From positions 30,019 to 94,018 of the forward strand of contig JBBIOR010000003.1 of the NCBI GenBank assembly GCA_037443265.1: a stretch of 64,000 nt of DNA, given 5' to 3'. Under the pieces are notes generated by a model that was given only the letters and a program-made list of their open reading frames with translations, ran no database searches and was not told where the DNA came from. Below, piece after piece: positions 27,067 to 38,568 of this stretch. Every line of letters begins with the position of its first letter. The first letter of the stretch is position 1. This stretch comes from Candidatus Fraserbacteria bacterium. Its GTDB lineage: Bacteria; Bipolaricaulota; Bipolaricaulia; RBG-16-55-9. Made by a program: the position numbers and the translations under genes.

Positions 27067-28077
27067 CTACTTTCTTAGGGGAGCGGTCGATTGTCGCACG
27101 ACCAGGGTCGTGTCCAGAATGATCCTGCGGGGTCTTTTGTTGGGCCGTTCGATCCTCTCGAAGAGGAGGCGGGCCGCTATATCTCCCATCTGATAGGGTT
27201 GCTGGGCCACCACCGTCAGCTGAGGAGCAAAGGCCACCGCCCAATCGGGATCGTCGAAGCCCACTACCGAGATCTCTTCCGGGCACCTTCGGTCTTCATC
27301 CCTGAGGCGGTGCAGGAGGCCTAAGGTCATCAGGCTGTTGGTGCTGAAGATGGCTGAGACTCCTTGCTTTAGGAGCTTTCCGGCCGCTTGGTAACCGTCC
27401 TCGATCCGTAAGCCTCCCTCGGCCATCAGACCCTCCTCGAGGCTAATCTTGTGGTCTTTCAGGGCCTGCTCGTATCCGGCCAGACGGTCGGCGATGCTGC
27501 TGATCCTCGAGGGCCCCAAGAGGATGCCGATTCTACGATGGCCCAGCTCGATCAGATGTTGGGTCGCTAGATAGGCCCCGCGGATGTTATCGGAATAGAC
27601 TTGATCCACCGGCAGATCCACGCGGCGATCGATGATCACCAAGGGGAGGCGCTGCTCCACGAGAGGGCGCAGGTTTCTTCCGCCCTCCCGCGTGGGGGCC
27701 ACAATCAGCCCATCCATGCGCCTGGAGAAGAGCAGATCGAGATATTGGGCCTCTTCTTGGGGGTCCTCGTCCGTGCCGCAGAAGACGACGCTATAGCCCC
27801 GCTCGAACGCCTTGTCCTTGACGCCGCGGGCCACTTGAGGAAAGAAGGGATTGATGATATTTGAGATGAGCAGAGCAATAGAGTGGCTTCGGCCGATCCG
27901 CAGGCTGCGGCCCACGAAGTTGGGGCGGTAGCCCAACTGCTCGATGGCCCTGGCTACGCGTTGGCGCAGCTTTTCGCTGACAAAGCGGGTGCCGTTGATG
28001 ACATGGGAGACTGTGGTCACTGAGACCTTGGCTTGCTTGGCCACATCCTTGATCGTGGGCGTGTGTGACCTTCGCAT
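27067..28077 (-). CDS. LacI-family regulator (RbsR/PurR-like)
   Basis: TIKDVAKQAKVSVTTVSHVING HTH; divergent from pfkA. Confidence 0.93.
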   Translation of the reverse strand: MRRSHTPTIKDVAKQAKVSVTTVSHVINGTRFVSEKLRQRVARAIEQLGYRPNFVGRSLRIGRSHSIALLISNIINPFFPQVARGVKDKAFERGYSVVFCGTDEDPQEEAQYLDLLFSRRMDGLIVAPTREGGRNLRPLVEQRLPLVIIDRRVDLPVDQVYSDNIRGAYLATQHLIELGHRRIGILLGPSRISSIADRLAGYEQALKDHKISLEEGLMAEGGLRIEDGYQAAGKLLKQGVSAIFSTNSLMTLGLLHRLRDEDRRCPEEISVVGFDDPDWAVAFAPQLTVVAQQPYQMGDIAARLLFERIERPNKRPRRIILDTTLVVRQSTAPLRK

Positions 28078-28086
28078 GGGCCCTAT

Positions 28087-28203
28087 ATTGTAGGTCGAAA
28101 CCGCCCTCTCTGTCAAGGGAATCCTCAGAGAACCTCTTGACAAAGTCTGGGAACCGTTGTAGCATACGGGTGCTTAAGAAATCGTTTGCGCAAACGTTTA
28201 ACG
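28087..28203. promoter_or_regulatory. Divergent lacI/pfkA promoters with LacI-type operators
   Basis: Minus strand TTGACA-18-TACAAT; plus strand TTGACA-17-TAGCAT. Sites GGAACCGTTGT, GAAATCGTTTGC and GCAAACGTTTA. Confidence 0.65.
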
Positions 28204-28290
28204 GCCGGAAGATCTGGGGATTCCGATGGAGCCGTATCAAGTCCAGGTGGACCTCGGCGCCCTGATAAGAGCGGCGCTCCAGGAGAGGCC

Positions 28291-29280
28291 ATGAGACGCA
28301 TTGGGATCGTGACCAGCGGTGGAGACTCTCCCGGGATGAACGCAGCGATCCGGGCCGTCACACGGCAGGGGATTATGCTTGGCCTGGAGGTCTGGGGCGT
28401 AAGACGTGGGCTCAAGGGGTTGATGGAGTGCGACTTGATTCCCTTAAGCTCACGGGAGGTGGGCGGCATCCTGCAGCGGGGCGGGACGATCTTGGGCACG
28501 GCCCGCGCAGAAGAATTCAAGACTCCCGCGGGCCAGAGGCGTGCCCTAGAGAGCCTTCAACAATATCGCCTGGATGGGCTCGTGATCATCGGTGGCGATG
28601 GATCGCTGCGCGCGGCTAAGGTGCTCGCCGAGCAGGGTGTTCCCACCATCGGCATCCCGGCCAGCATCGACAACGACATCTGGGGCACGGACATGGCCAT
28701 CGGCGTGGACACGGCGCTCAACACCGTGACGGAAGCGATCAACAAACTCAGAGACACCGCCACGTCCCACGAGCGCACCTTCGTCATCGAGACCATGGGG
28801 CGCCACTGTGGCTATCTCGCTCTGATGGCCGGGTTGGCCGGAGGGGCCGAGGCGATCCTCATCCCGGAAGTGCCCTTGGATTTGAAGAGAGTCGTGCAGC
28901 AGGTGCTCAAGGGCTATCAAGCGGGCAAACGACACTCCTTCATCGTCGCCTCCGAGGGAATCCGTGATAAGCTTGCGCTTCGGCCGTTTCAATCTGTGGC
29001 CGAGCACATTGGGGCCTATCTCAGGGAGGAGACCGGGCTCGAGGTGCGGGTGACGGTCTTAGGGCACGTCCAGCGGGGCGGAGCTCCTACGGCGTTTGAT
29101 CGGGTGCTGGCCACGCGCCTGGGTGCGGCCGCGATTGAGCACCTCAAGCAGGGTGAGAGCGGCACGATGATCGCCCTTCAGCGCGGCCAGATCGTAAGCG
29201 TCCCCTTGGCAGCGTGCCTCGACAAGGCGAAAGAGCTGGAGTTGAGTCTGCTTAAGCTCGCTCATACTCTAGCGGGGTAG
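28291..29280 (+). CDS. pfkA: 6-phosphofructokinase
   Basis: TSGGDSPGMN, GGDGS, SIDND, MGR, LGHVQRGG. Confidence 0.95.
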   Translation: MRRIGIVTSGGDSPGMNAAIRAVTRQGIMLGLEVWGVRRGLKGLMECDLIPLSSREVGGILQRGGTILGTARAEEFKTPAGQRRALESLQQYRLDGLVIIGGDGSLRAAKVLAEQGVPTIGIPASIDNDIWGTDMAIGVDTALNTVTEAINKLRDTATSHERTFVIETMGRHCGYLALMAGLAGGAEAILIPEVPLDLKRVVQQVLKGYQAGKRHSFIVASEGIRDKLALRPFQSVAEHIGAYLREETGLEVRVTVLGHVQRGGAPTAFDRVLATRLGAAAIEHLKQGESGTMIALQRGQIVSVPLAACLDKAKELELSLLKLAHTLAG

Positions 29281-29303
29281 GGGTAAGAGAGGAGCACAGG
29301 GTC

Positions 29304-31347
<2,044 letters not shown>

Positions 31348-32193
31348 ATGAGCGAAGATCGCTGGCTCAATCTGGAGGGCCTGCGCGTCCATTATCTGGC
31401 CGCGGGCGAAAAGGGACCTCCGGTGGTGCTATTACACGGCGGCAGCGTCGACTGTGCCCGTCTTTCGTGGGGGCAGGCCATGGGGCCGCTGGCGCAGCGC
31501 TTTCGGGTGTATGCACCCGATTGGCCCGGCTACGGCCAGAGCGATGAGCCAAAGATTCAATATACAACGCAATATTTTGTGGGCTTTCTGGGGCGTCTTC
31601 TGGATGCCCTCTCTCTTGAGAGGGTCAGTCTAGTCGGGCTGTCCATGGGCGGAGCCATCTCGCTGAGCTTTGCGCTTCAATTTCCTGGCCGGGTCGAGAA
31701 GCTCGTCTTGGTGAACAGCTACGGCTTCCAAGATAAGGCCCCGTGGCACAAGCTCTCCTATATTCTCACGCGCTTATCGTTCCTGAGTGAGCCGCTCTTG
31801 AGGCTGCTGGTCAAAAGTCGCACTCTCGTGCAGTGGAGCCTGCGCTGGGTAGCCTCGAACCCCGAGGCCATCTCGGAGGAGTTGTTGAATGAGATTTATG
31901 AGCAGGCCCGCAAAGAGGGAATCCGGAAGGCTTTTGCCTGCTGGGCGAGGAGCGAGCTCTTTTGGGACGGCGTGCATACGAACTTGACGGATCAACTCTC
32001 TCTTCTGAACGTGCCCACGCTGATCGTCCACGGCGGGCGGGATCGAATCGTGCCCGTTTGCTATGCCCGAAGGGCTCATGAGAGAATAAAAGATTCGCGA
32101 TTGTACGTCTTTTCTGACGGCGGGCATTGGACTCCCCGGGAGAAGCCGGAGGAGTTCAATCAGCTCATCATGCAATTTCTGGCGGACTGCTGA
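31348..32193 (+). CDS. Alpha/beta hydrolase
   Basis: LLHGG, PDWPGYG, GLSMGG nucleophile elbow, GHW. Confidence 0.9.
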   Translation: MSEDRWLNLEGLRVHYLAAGEKGPPVVLLHGGSVDCARLSWGQAMGPLAQRFRVYAPDWPGYGQSDEPKIQYTTQYFVGFLGRLLDALSLERVSLVGLSMGGAISLSFALQFPGRVEKLVLVNSYGFQDKAPWHKLSYILTRLSFLSEPLLRLLVKSRTLVQWSLRWVASNPEAISEELLNEIYEQARKEGIRKAFACWARSELFWDGVHTNLTDQLSLLNVPTLIVHGGRDRIVPVCYARRAHERIKDSRLYVFSDGGHWTPREKPEEFNQLIMQFLADC

Positions 32194-32206
32194 GCGGCGC
32201 TCAGAC

Positions 32207-33100
32207 TCAGAGCACGAGGGCCGCAGCGCCCAGCAGTCCCACATCATCGCCAAGTCTCGTGAGACGAATAGGCGTCTCCCAGCGAGAATATTCTCGAAAT
32301 GCCTGAAGCGTCTTCTCCTGCAATTGATTCCAAGACTGCATGACTCCGCCTCCCAGAAAGATCGCCTCGGGATCGAAAATTTCAGACAGATTGGCCAGTC
32401 CGATCCCCAGATAGAAGGCTGCCTCTTCTACGATCTTTTGGCTTGCGCGCTCTCCCTGAGCAGCGCGCTTGAAGACTTCTTCGGCTGAAGCATTCTGAAG
32501 ATGCAAGCGCTCTCTGGCTCTACGGGCGATGGCCGTCCCCGAGCTTAGAGCCTCCCAGCAGCCCCGCTTGCCACACTGGCACAAGGGGCCCTCAGACTGC
32601 AAGATCATGTGCCCCACTTCCCCGGCATTGCCACTTCGGCCACGATGGATCTTCTTGTCTATAACAATGCCGCCTCCTATGCCCGTGCTGATGGTCACAT
32701 AGATGAGATGCTTAAGCTCTGGAGCCTCGAAGCGTGCAATACCCCAAGCGGCCGCGTTGGCATCATTGTCTACAACTACGGGGAGCGCGAGCACCCTCTT
32801 TAGCTCGTTAAGCAACGAAAAGCCCTGCCAGTGGGGCAGATTGGGTGCTCTCCCCACTACGCCCCGGCTTGTGTCCACAGTTCCGGCCAGTGCGCAGCCC
32901 ACACCCAAAAGATCTTGCCATTTGACCCCTTGGGCAGTACAGCAGGCCCGCAGCTCTTGATTGAGCTTCACCAGCAGGACTTGTGGCTCCGGCGGCGTGG
33001 GCAACTCCCGACGCTCAAAGAGATTCCCTGGCCTATCGCAGAGTCCCAGGCGGGTGCGCGTGCTGCCGATATCTATTCCCACCGCCAGCTCTTTGGGCAT
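32207..33100 (-). CDS. ROK-family sugar kinase (glucokinase-like)
   Basis: GIDIG, DNDANAAA, STGIGGG, GEVGH, CQCGKRGCWE. Confidence 0.92.
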   Translation of the reverse strand: MPKELAVGIDIGSTRTRLGLCDRPGNLFERRELPTPPEPQVLLVKLNQELRACCTAQGVKWQDLLGVGCALAGTVDTSRGVVGRAPNLPHWQGFSLLNELKRVLALPVVVDNDANAAAWGIARFEAPELKHLIYVTISTGIGGGIVIDKKIHRGRSGNAGEVGHMILQSEGPLCQCGKRGCWEALSSGTAIARRARERLHLQNASAEEVFKRAAQGERASQKIVEEAAFYLGIGLANLSEIFDPEAIFLGGGVMQSWNQLQEKTLQAFREYSRWETPIRLTRLGDDVGLLGAAALVL

Positions 33101-33102
33101 CT

Positions 33103-34833
33103 TCAGTGCTTGACCACGCAGAAGTCGAGCCCGCGAATCTCCAGCGGACGGCTGTTGTCGGGCGAGTGCACGATCATCCGGCCCTTCTCAAAGTATGGCA
33201 ATGCTTTTTGATAGTGCTTAGGGGCTCCGGCCCGCTCGGCCATCCCCTGCTCCATGCCCAAGAGAACCCTGGTGCTGATCTGCGAGAGCACCGCTTCATT
33301 GACATCTTGAGGGTTCTGGGTGATGAGCACAAGCCCTAATCTATTCTTGCGCCCCTGCTTGGCGGCTGTGACAAACTTTTCGACGATGAGGCGATCCTGC
33401 TGCGTCTTTTCTTGAGTGAGATAGCTATGGGCCTCGTCCACGGCTAATATGACGGGGTATTTTGCGAGGCGCCGGCCCCAAGGGGTCTCGATGGCTTTCG
33501 TCTTGGCATCGGCGATCATCGACATGACGGTGAGCACCACCACGCGCTCGCCCTCCGCACTCAAGTGATTGGTGGGAAAGACGCTCACTCGATCTTCATC
33601 GAAGATGCTCTCATAAAGTTGCGTAATGGGGTTAGCGCCCTGGTCGAAGATGTGGGCAAATTGGGGGAGAAGCACCCGGCGGCGGATGGCTCCTAGCGTG
33701 GCCTCGTGAATGAAGCCGCTCTCCAGATAGGGCCGCATGCGCCCGTCGTCTTCGAGGAAGCGCTTGAAGGCCTTATAGCTCTTCTCTGTAGAGTCTCTAA
33801 AGAAATCTCGGATGAGCCGCTCCAGAGCTGCGTATTGGGCCTCGTTGAGTTCTCCTCCGGCGATGAGATACGGGAAGTCCCTCACAAGCTCAAAGGGAAT
33901 GGTAAAGTCTGTGTGGGCATCGCAGCCGTGATAAGAACAGCCGGCTTCGACGGCCGAAAAGACCGTGAGCTTCTTGCCTACACCTCCTAGTTTGCCGCCG
34001 ACACCCACGAGATTGTTCAACTCCTCTTTGGGGACGCTGGCGATGTGGGGATTATCATCGCGCAGGCCCCAATATTCGTTCTCCGGATCTATGATCACTA
34101 TACAGGGCTTGCGGCGTTCTCCGCCTCGGCGCTCTAGAGTGTACTCTGAGTCCACGATCTGCCTCAGGAAATTCTTTGCGGTGTGGGTCTTGCCTCGCCC
34201 GCTCATGCCCGCGATCAGCACGTGCGTGAAGATGAGCGGATCGCCCGTCTTCTCAGCAGAATTTATCAGATAGTACGGGATCTTGAAGCCGCCCCTAAGC
34301 GTGATGGGCTCGCCGTTTACGGCCACATAGCCCAGGAAGAGTCCGTCTTCAGGCAGATCCAGTCCCAGCACGACCTCCTCTTTGCTGGTCACGCGGCGCA
34401 CGATGGCATTAGGCTTTGGCAGATAGCGCACTTCCGTGGCTCTTCCGGTGGGACTGATCATAGAGAGGGGCTCCAGCTGGGCCAGTTGGATGTATTCTCC
34501 TTCGCCCACTTCGTCGGCGCTGATGAGCACGTGGACTTCACTCATGTCATCAAGGGCATCGCGCTTGCGATACGAGAGTTTTTTGATATACGCGAAGAAT
34601 TTTTCGTCGCGGTAGCCTAAGGGGATGACGACATACTGGCCGACGGCGATGTCATTACGCTTCTCTTCGGGGATGTAGACTTCAACACAGTGCTCTGTAG
34701 TGCTGATGAAGAGCTCTTCGGAGATGGCCACGCGTCCGATCTCCTCGGGCTTGAGCGGCTTAACTTCCGGCTGTGAGGAGATCCGTAGCTGCTGCAACGC
34801 TCGTTCCAGATCAAATTCTTCAGATTTTGTCAT
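33103..34833 (-). CDS. herA: HerA-family helicase/ATPase
   Basis: N-terminal HAS-barrel-like region, GMSGRGKT, AVDEAH, KQGRK, ITQNP. Confidence 0.88.
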   Translation of the reverse strand: MTKSEEFDLERALQQLRISSQPEVKPLKPEEIGRVAISEELFISTTEHCVEVYIPEEKRNDIAVGQYVVIPLGYRDEKFFAYIKKLSYRKRDALDDMSEVHVLISADEVGEGEYIQLAQLEPLSMISPTGRATEVRYLPKPNAIVRRVTSKEEVVLGLDLPEDGLFLGYVAVNGEPITLRGGFKIPYYLINSAEKTGDPLIFTHVLIAGMSGRGKTHTAKNFLRQIVDSEYTLERRGGERRKPCIVIIDPENEYWGLRDDNPHIASVPKEELNNLVGVGGKLGGVGKKLTVFSAVEAGCSYHGCDAHTDFTIPFELVRDFPYLIAGGELNEAQYAALERLIRDFFRDSTEKSYKAFKRFLEDDGRMRPYLESGFIHEATLGAIRRRVLLPQFAHIFDQGANPITQLYESIFDEDRVSVFPTNHLSAEGERVVVLTVMSMIADAKTKAIETPWGRRLAKYPVILAVDEAHSYLTQEKTQQDRLIVEKFVTAAKQGRKNRLGLVLITQNPQDVNEAVLSQISTRVLLGMEQGMAERAGAPKHYQKALPYFEKGRMIVHSPDNSRPLEIRGLDFCVVKH

Positions 34834-34847
34834 CGCGTCTCCACAAG

Positions 34848-36104
34848 CTAAATCAGCTCTCCCCGGCTCTGATTATAACTCAAATCGAGTTCGAGGCCGC
34901 AGGCGCGGATCAAGCTCAGGCTCTCCTCGTCTGTGATGCGCGCCCGGCTGTCCGCCTTGCGAATCGCCGGGGGAACCCCCTTGCCCCGCGCGATCTCTGA
35001 AAGGATCTTCGCGCGCAACTGCTCTGGGTCATGCCTCTCAAAGATGATTCGCGGTGCCTCTATCTTCAAGACCGCCTTCACCCGCGGATCATAAACATAA
35101 AAGAAACAGACATGATAAGCCCGAGCAGCAAGCTTTAGATCAAATGACTTTAAGCGCTTGAAGATGTCAAAGCCGACAGGGGCTTCCCCTTGCCGCTCGG
35201 GGAGCGAGTACTCCTGCTGGACGAACCAGTTGGTAAATCCCAGCGCATCTTTAGGAGTATCGCTCAAGACGGCTTTTATGAATTGCGCGTCGCTCGACCA
35301 GTTCTGAGAGGCGCGATCTAGCGTGAACTCAATGAGCCACGACGTTCCAGGGTTCTTGTTGAGGCTCACGAGCGCAAGTCCACGTTGCGCAAACTCCTCC
35401 ACGACTCGGAGGGGCTGGGCTAGGATCTCGATGGCCGGTGGCCACTCCGTCCAGCGCGTCTCAGAGCTCCAAAGAGAATCGGCCTCATCGCCGGCAAAAT
35501 AGTAATAAAGCCCGATGGGATAGAGATTCCCGTCCAAGATGAAGAGCCCTTGCGAGGGCTGGAGCTCTCCCAGCATGCGCAGGGCGTGATAGGACTCGGC
35601 AGCCCAGCGGGCCAGACCCGTGATGACCCGCTCGACCTCATGTTCCAGATAGCGCCGCAAGATGTGAATCCGCCAGAAATGTATGTACTCATCCCGCGAT
35701 TGCTCCGATCGGGCTCCTCCCAGATCCGTCCTTTGCGAATGGGAGACCAGCGAGAGCGAGCGAAAGGCTTCCAAGGGCAGCTCTTTGAAGCGCACCTCAG
35801 GGTCGCTGGCAAGCAGGGCCTGATAGGCACAGAGCACGGTGCCGTTCTCGAGATATTTCAGCCGTGTGCTTCCGCCGTCGAGAGCGTACACCGGCTCGTA
35901 GTGGTTCAGCTTGCGTGCGGCCAGCTCTAAGAGGCTCTCGTGGCGATGTTCTAATGGAGTCAGGGCTTCGATGGCTCCGCTAAGTTGGAGCTCTTCGAAG
36001 AGCCGGCGGGCTTCCTCGCGATGATCGGGGCTCAGACGCCAGACCTGTTCGCCGAAGAACTTCAGCTGAGCGCGTAGCGTTTGCTTGGCCTCATTTGAGA
36101 GCAT
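34848..36104 (-). CDS. nurA: NurA-family 5'-3' nuclease
   Basis: ALDGG and ILDGNL acidic motifs; lies between rad50 and herA. Confidence 0.82.
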   Translation of the reverse strand: MLSNEAKQTLRAQLKFFGEQVWRLSPDHREEARRLFEELQLSGAIEALTPLEHRHESLLELAARKLNHYEPVYALDGGSTRLKYLENGTVLCAYQALLASDPEVRFKELPLEAFRSLSLVSHSQRTDLGGARSEQSRDEYIHFWRIHILRRYLEHEVERVITGLARWAAESYHALRMLGELQPSQGLFILDGNLYPIGLYYYFAGDEADSLWSSETRWTEWPPAIEILAQPLRVVEEFAQRGLALVSLNKNPGTSWLIEFTLDRASQNWSSDAQFIKAVLSDTPKDALGFTNWFVQQEYSLPERQGEAPVGFDIFKRLKSFDLKLAARAYHVCFFYVYDPRVKAVLKIEAPRIIFERHDPEQLRAKILSEIARGKGVPPAIRKADSRARITDEESLSLIRACGLELDLSYNQSRGELI

Positions 36105-36105
36105 C

Positions 36106-38514
36106 TCATCTCACTCGATAGACCCGACTCGTGTTGTCGGCTGTCTTCTCCGTGCGATATTCATGATCCGCCCCTTCCACAAGTCCCACTTCATGGGAGA
36201 CGACGATCACTTGGCCGATGCGCCTGCCAAGCTCTTCGAGTAGAAATTGCAGGCGATTCACCCGGTCGCGATCCAGATAGATCGTGGGCTCATCGAGGAT
36301 GAGTGGCATACGACTTGCCGCCTGCGAGAGCACTTGGTGGATCGCGGAGCGGAGCGCGATGTTGATGAGCGCCCGCTCGCCGCCGGAAAGCAATTCCGGA
36401 CGGATCGTACTGCCGTTTTTGAGTTCCACGAAGATCTCGTAGTCCTCCGTAATGCGCACCCCGCGATAGCTGGCTCCAGAGTCCATGAGCCCAAAGAGCT
36501 GATTGAAATATAGTTCAATGGCCCTGATGTTCCGCTTGCGCAAGTCCTTCTTGATCGTCTCGTAAAACTCGCGAAGCTGCTCTAATTCTGCTTGGAGCTG
36601 TTCGATCTTTTTGAGTTCCTCCTCCGTCTCGGCTTGCGCCTGTTGGAATCTCTTCAGTTGTTCGAGTTGCTCCTCAATCCGACCGCGCTCTGAAAGCAGG
36701 CTTTCCCGTTCCCTTTCCCGTTCTCCCTTTTGAGCCAGAAGCTGCTGTAGGATCTCTTGCACCTGCTGTGATCTCTCTTGAAGCTGCGGAGCATCGCCTA
36801 GCCTCTGCTCTAGTTCGGCGATCTTGGCCTTGAGGCGGGCGATCTCATCCCGAAGCGCTTCCATGTCCTCCACGATCGACTTCCGTCCGCTTCTCTTCTC
36901 CAGCCCCTGCTCTTTGATTTGAAGGAGCCTTAGGGCTTGTTCTTTGAGTTCTTCGAGCTTGTGGCGTCGGGCTTCGAGGGCCTTAAATTCATCATCCAGC
37001 TTCTGGATGGATCTCTCTCCCTCCTGCTTGAGCGTATGGATTTGAGCCTCCAAGGCCTCCAGCCTCGCGCGCCCAGTTTTGATCTCTAAGGCCAGCTTCT
37101 GGATGGCCATCTCTTTTTCTTTGAGAGTCGGCCGGAAGGTCTCTGCACGCACGGGCTGTTGGCAGAGGGGGCATCTGCCCTGCTGGGCGAGAGAGCACAT
37201 CTCCTCCAGCTCGCGTCGGAGATTCTGCTCTTGCGCCTCTGCCTGCACGATGTTCTTGAGAAGCGATTCTCGCTCTGTGGCCAGCTTTTCGAGTTGTTGA
37301 GTGATTTGAGTCTGTCGCTCTTGGATCTGAATATATAGAGCCTCTTGCCGGCTCTTCGTCTGAGAGAGCTCTTGCGGGAGAACTTCGATCTCCTCCCAGC
37401 GGCCCGCGTCGTTGAATGAGCGAGTGATTTGCTCTTTGGGCAGGTTCAGTTGGGTCAATCCCTTGCCCAGTTGAGTTTCGAGCTGCTTGTAGCGCTGCTT
37501 GAGAGCTTCTAGTTCAGCACCCAGTTGCTGCTCCCTGGTCTCGTGTTGCTTGAGCTGTTTCTCCTTTTGAGAGAGCTCTCTTTGGCGTTCTTCGACCTCG
37601 CGGGTGAGTTCTTCCAGGCGCTGGAGCCTCTCGCGCAAGCCGTGCTGTAATCTCTCAGCCTCGGAGATCTTCTTTTCGAGATTCTTTAATTCTGACTGTT
37701 TTTCTTGGATCTTTTCTTCAATCTCCAGGCGTCGTTTGTCGAGATTCTCAGCTTGGAGAACCTCAATCGCTCGCTTGAGATCCTGATAGCGGTGGCTGAG
37801 CCCATCGAATCGGCGATTGAGGGCCCGTCGGGCCCCTTCGCGTGCGCGTTGGGCATAGCGATCGAGCTTCTCTAATCTCAATAAGCGATCGATCATCCGC
37901 CGGCGCTCTTCTTCTCCAGCACGAATCAAACGATCGATTTCGCCCTGGCGCACGTAGAGGCAATTCGTAAAGTCATCGCGGTTCATGCCGAAGAGCTCTT
38001 CGACGGCAGAAGCGGCGTTCTCGACCCCGACCCATTCAGTCCCATCATCCCGCAGCAAGCGACAGTCTTCCCTTTCGCTCACGACAGAATCACCGCGGCA
38101 ACGCAGGGCCATCTGAGCTGTGTACTGATTTGAGCCGTAGCGGAACTTCAGCTGGACGGAGCCCGCCTCGGCCCCGAGGCGCAAGATGTCGGCCAGCGAG
38201 CGATCCATGGCTGGGCCAGCCTTGCTGCCGTACAGAGCGAAAAAGATGCTCTCCAGGAGCGAAGATTTCCCGCTGCCGTTGGGGCCGGCAATCACCGTGA
38301 TGCCGTCATCGAACGCGATCTCAGCCTGCTCGTAGCACCAAAGATTCTTGATCTCGAGAGAGTCCAGCCGCATGGCTGGAGCTTGAGAGGCGGGCGGAGC
38401 AAGTCTCTTCTTTAGAGGCCGGCTTAGGCGTGGAAGGTCTCGCTCCTCTCCCTCCACGTCTCTCTCGGCTTGGGTGAATAAATCGAGCAGGCTCGGTTCC
38501 TTCTTCTTGGGCAT
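36106..38514 (-). CDS. rad50: Rad50/SbcC SMC-like ATPase with N-terminal extension
   Basis: GPNGSGKS, VRQGEI, zinc hook CPLC, LSGGE, LDEP. Start at 38514 (supported by a promoter) or a later ATG at the MRLDSL motif. Confidence 0.92.
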   Translation of the reverse strand: MPKKKEPSLLDLFTQAERDVEGEERDLPRLSRPLKKRLAPPASQAPAMRLDSLEIKNLWCYEQAEIAFDDGITVIAGPNGSGKSSLLESIFFALYGSKAGPAMDRSLADILRLGAEAGSVQLKFRYGSNQYTAQMALRCRGDSVVSEREDCRLLRDDGTEWVGVENAASAVEELFGMNRDDFTNCLYVRQGEIDRLIRAGEEERRRMIDRLLRLEKLDRYAQRAREGARRALNRRFDGLSHRYQDLKRAIEVLQAENLDKRRLEIEEKIQEKQSELKNLEKKISEAERLQHGLRERLQRLEELTREVEERQRELSQKEKQLKQHETREQQLGAELEALKQRYKQLETQLGKGLTQLNLPKEQITRSFNDAGRWEEIEVLPQELSQTKSRQEALYIQIQERQTQITQQLEKLATERESLLKNIVQAEAQEQNLRRELEEMCSLAQQGRCPLCQQPVRAETFRPTLKEKEMAIQKLALEIKTGRARLEALEAQIHTLKQEGERSIQKLDDEFKALEARRHKLEELKEQALRLLQIKEQGLEKRSGRKSIVEDMEALRDEIARLKAKIAELEQRLGDAPQLQERSQQVQEILQQLLAQKGERERERESLLSERGRIEEQLEQLKRFQQAQAETEEELKKIEQLQAELEQLREFYETIKKDLRKRNIRAIELYFNQLFGLMDSGASYRGVRITEDYEIFVELKNGSTIRPELLSGGERALINIALRSAIHQVLSQAASRMPLILDEPTIYLDRDRVNRLQFLLEELGRRIGQVIVVSHEVGLVEGADHEYRTEKTADNTSRVYRVR

Positions 38515-38568
38515 GATCTCTAAGAGGAGTATAGTGGAACGAGCCGGGGAGGGCAATTGAATTTTGAA

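Noticed and set aside
33103..36104. HerA/NurA as an anti-phage defence system
   Set aside because: It is coupled to mre11-rad50 inside a housekeeping operon, with no SIR2/DUF4297 partner or defence-island context.
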